Shown: in pieces, positions 62,246 through 64,000 of the stretch
Layout: every line of letters begins with the position of its first letter
Position numbering within the stretch: the first letter of the stretch is position 1
Assembly: GCA_010909165.1 (NCBI GenBank)
Contig: MU008187.1
Location: 500,247 to 564,246 of the forward strand
DNA: 64,000 nucleotides
Reading direction: 5' to 3'
From: Anthoceros angustus
Taxonomy: Eukaryota; Plantae; Anthocerotophyta
The notes under the pieces: model-generated
Told to the model about the DNA's origin: nothing
The model's input: the letters and a program-made list of their open reading frames with translations, nothing else
Databases searched by the model: none
Made by a program: the position numbers and the translations under genes

Positions 62246-64000
62246 TGAGCATGCATGTTTATTGTTGCTCAGCCAACCTGCCCAAGTAACAAGAACTTGC
62301 TTTTTCTTTGAAATCCAAATGTTTATAATGGCTTCCTCTGCATTTTTAAATAATGCCCCTATGTTGTTTTACACCTTGCAATTCAGGGACCTACTCAGAA
62401 TGATGGGGTTGTTTGTGAAGCTGTAAGATTGTCTGTCTAGCTTTGAAATTATCTACATCATATAGCTTGGTGATTTTCTAAACTGTAAGAATGAGAATCC
62501 ATCTACATGTATGTGTGGCAAGTGGAGATATTACTGATTTTGTGGAGGTAGGTGCATGATTAGGTTCAGAAGTGCAAGAGGCATGTTTCTATTCTAATTC
62601 AACAACAGGTACAAGGAGCAGTCATTTTGGGAAAAAAAATACCCCTAAATTTGAGCAGAAGGTTTTAAAGATTTGTAATCAATAGGAAGAACAGTATAGG
62701 ATTGAGGAGAAAAGGCAAAAAGCATTGGAGATATGTAGGAGGAAAGAGCAGCAAAGGCAGTGGCAGTTTCTACAATTCAGCCCCTAATACAGGCAAAATC
62801 AACAAGGTGAGCAGAATCAGCAAATTGGGCTAAACCACGAGGGTGGACAAAACCGGATTGGACAGAATCATCCATATTTCAAAACTGGAATATAGATTGT
62901 GTGCAATACTCTGACTTAACCGTCAAATTGCTGTCTCATTTCTCCTAGCTGTAGATGAAAGTGTCGAGAAGTATAATTGGGCACAGCACCCAGGAGTCAC
63001 AGAAATTAGTGACCCCCAAATCATATACCCAATATATCCCCAGCACATGCATCACACTTTGGAGCCAGCATGCATAGTAGATTACAAACAATTCCGCTGC
63101 ACCTACGCTAACTTTGCAGTGGCTAATTAAACGTCAGAATGCCTCGCCAAAAATCTAATTCTGGAAATTATGGATCAAGCGCCGCGTCTCCTTCAGACGG
63201 AGACCAACGCCGTCGCTTTGACGTCGGGAATCAACCACATTCGAGAGTCTCCGGCCTGCCGGTCTCCTTAACTCTCCTCACTTTTCTGCAACGAACACGC
63301 ACAGCAAGCAATACACATCTGCTGCAAGCATGAGACAAGGCCATTTCCACAAGCATCAAGGAGGGAATTTTGCCACACACTTGTACACGCTCATGAGCGA
63401 ACACAAAATGCTCATGAAGTACAGATGAAATATAGGCTTCTTGCTCTCAAGGTGGAGATTTCCAAAGTGAGTTCGTGGGTGGAAGAACTGGCGTTTGATC
63501 TGCAAACCCTATGCAAGCAATTTATTGACACCTTCGGCTTGGATCAAGGATCGAAGAGCAGGGGCTCTTCAATTTTCTGAAGATTTTCCTCAAGCCAAAG
63601 CAAGCTTCCCGTGTGCACATCCTTGCGACATCGGAAGCCGTGAAGCGTCACGGTGACAGACAGCGGAACTACACCAAGCAAGGGACGCCATTAGAAGCGA
63701 ACAGCATATGGCTGCTGAGCCGCATGAGCGAGCAACCATCGGACACAAGAAATCAAGGGACGCCAAGAAACTGGAAGGACGCGAACCTACCTTCCCATAA
63801 CCGTCTCGGCCCCCTCTTCACATGCACTGCCCGCGACGGTTCTCCCTCCCTGTCGCCTGATCATATTTTTCCTTTCCTTCCCCCATCTCTTGTACATACC
63901 CACCGGTTTTTAGAACGTCATCAGTCCTACCTCCACCATGGCCGGCACAGGTCAAGGACAAGGAACGGACTGGATGACCGGATTGAGCAACGCCGCGGGT

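Noticed and set aside
63139-64000. Possible start of a gag-like or other ORF at the window end
   Set aside because: Fragmented by stops, no diagnostic motif, and truncated by the window edge.

Overview
Gene-dense, short-intron land-plant nuclear DNA. It is most likely a hornwort (Anthoceros-like), inferred from a PPR protein ending in a DYW:KP/GRP domain together with the compact gene structure. Genes found: 3' end of a ROP GTPase, two inverted RPT1 paralogs, tRNA-Trp, an F-box gene, a deoxyhypusine synthase-like gene with a VxxxD (HSS-like) motif, AE7/CIA2 with an AT-AC U12 intron, a deoxynucleoside kinase, MSH5, MTHFR, an intronless WAT1/UMAMIT transporter, a PLS-PPR DYW:KP editing factor and two tandem lipoxygenases. 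Accessory DNA includes Gypsy, Copia and Harbinger relics at 4-17 kb, two locally captured genomic fragments of MTHFR, and several minisatellites. The most novel signal is an intron-containing Crypton/DUF3504-type tyrosine recombinase at about 60.7-62.2 kb, with a 14-10-14 inverted-repeat site about 650 bp upstream. Many frameshifts sit in homopolymer runs and several tandem duplications are indel-rich, so some pseudogene and duplication signals may be long-read assembly errors. All homology calls are from motif recognition by eye; no database searches were run.
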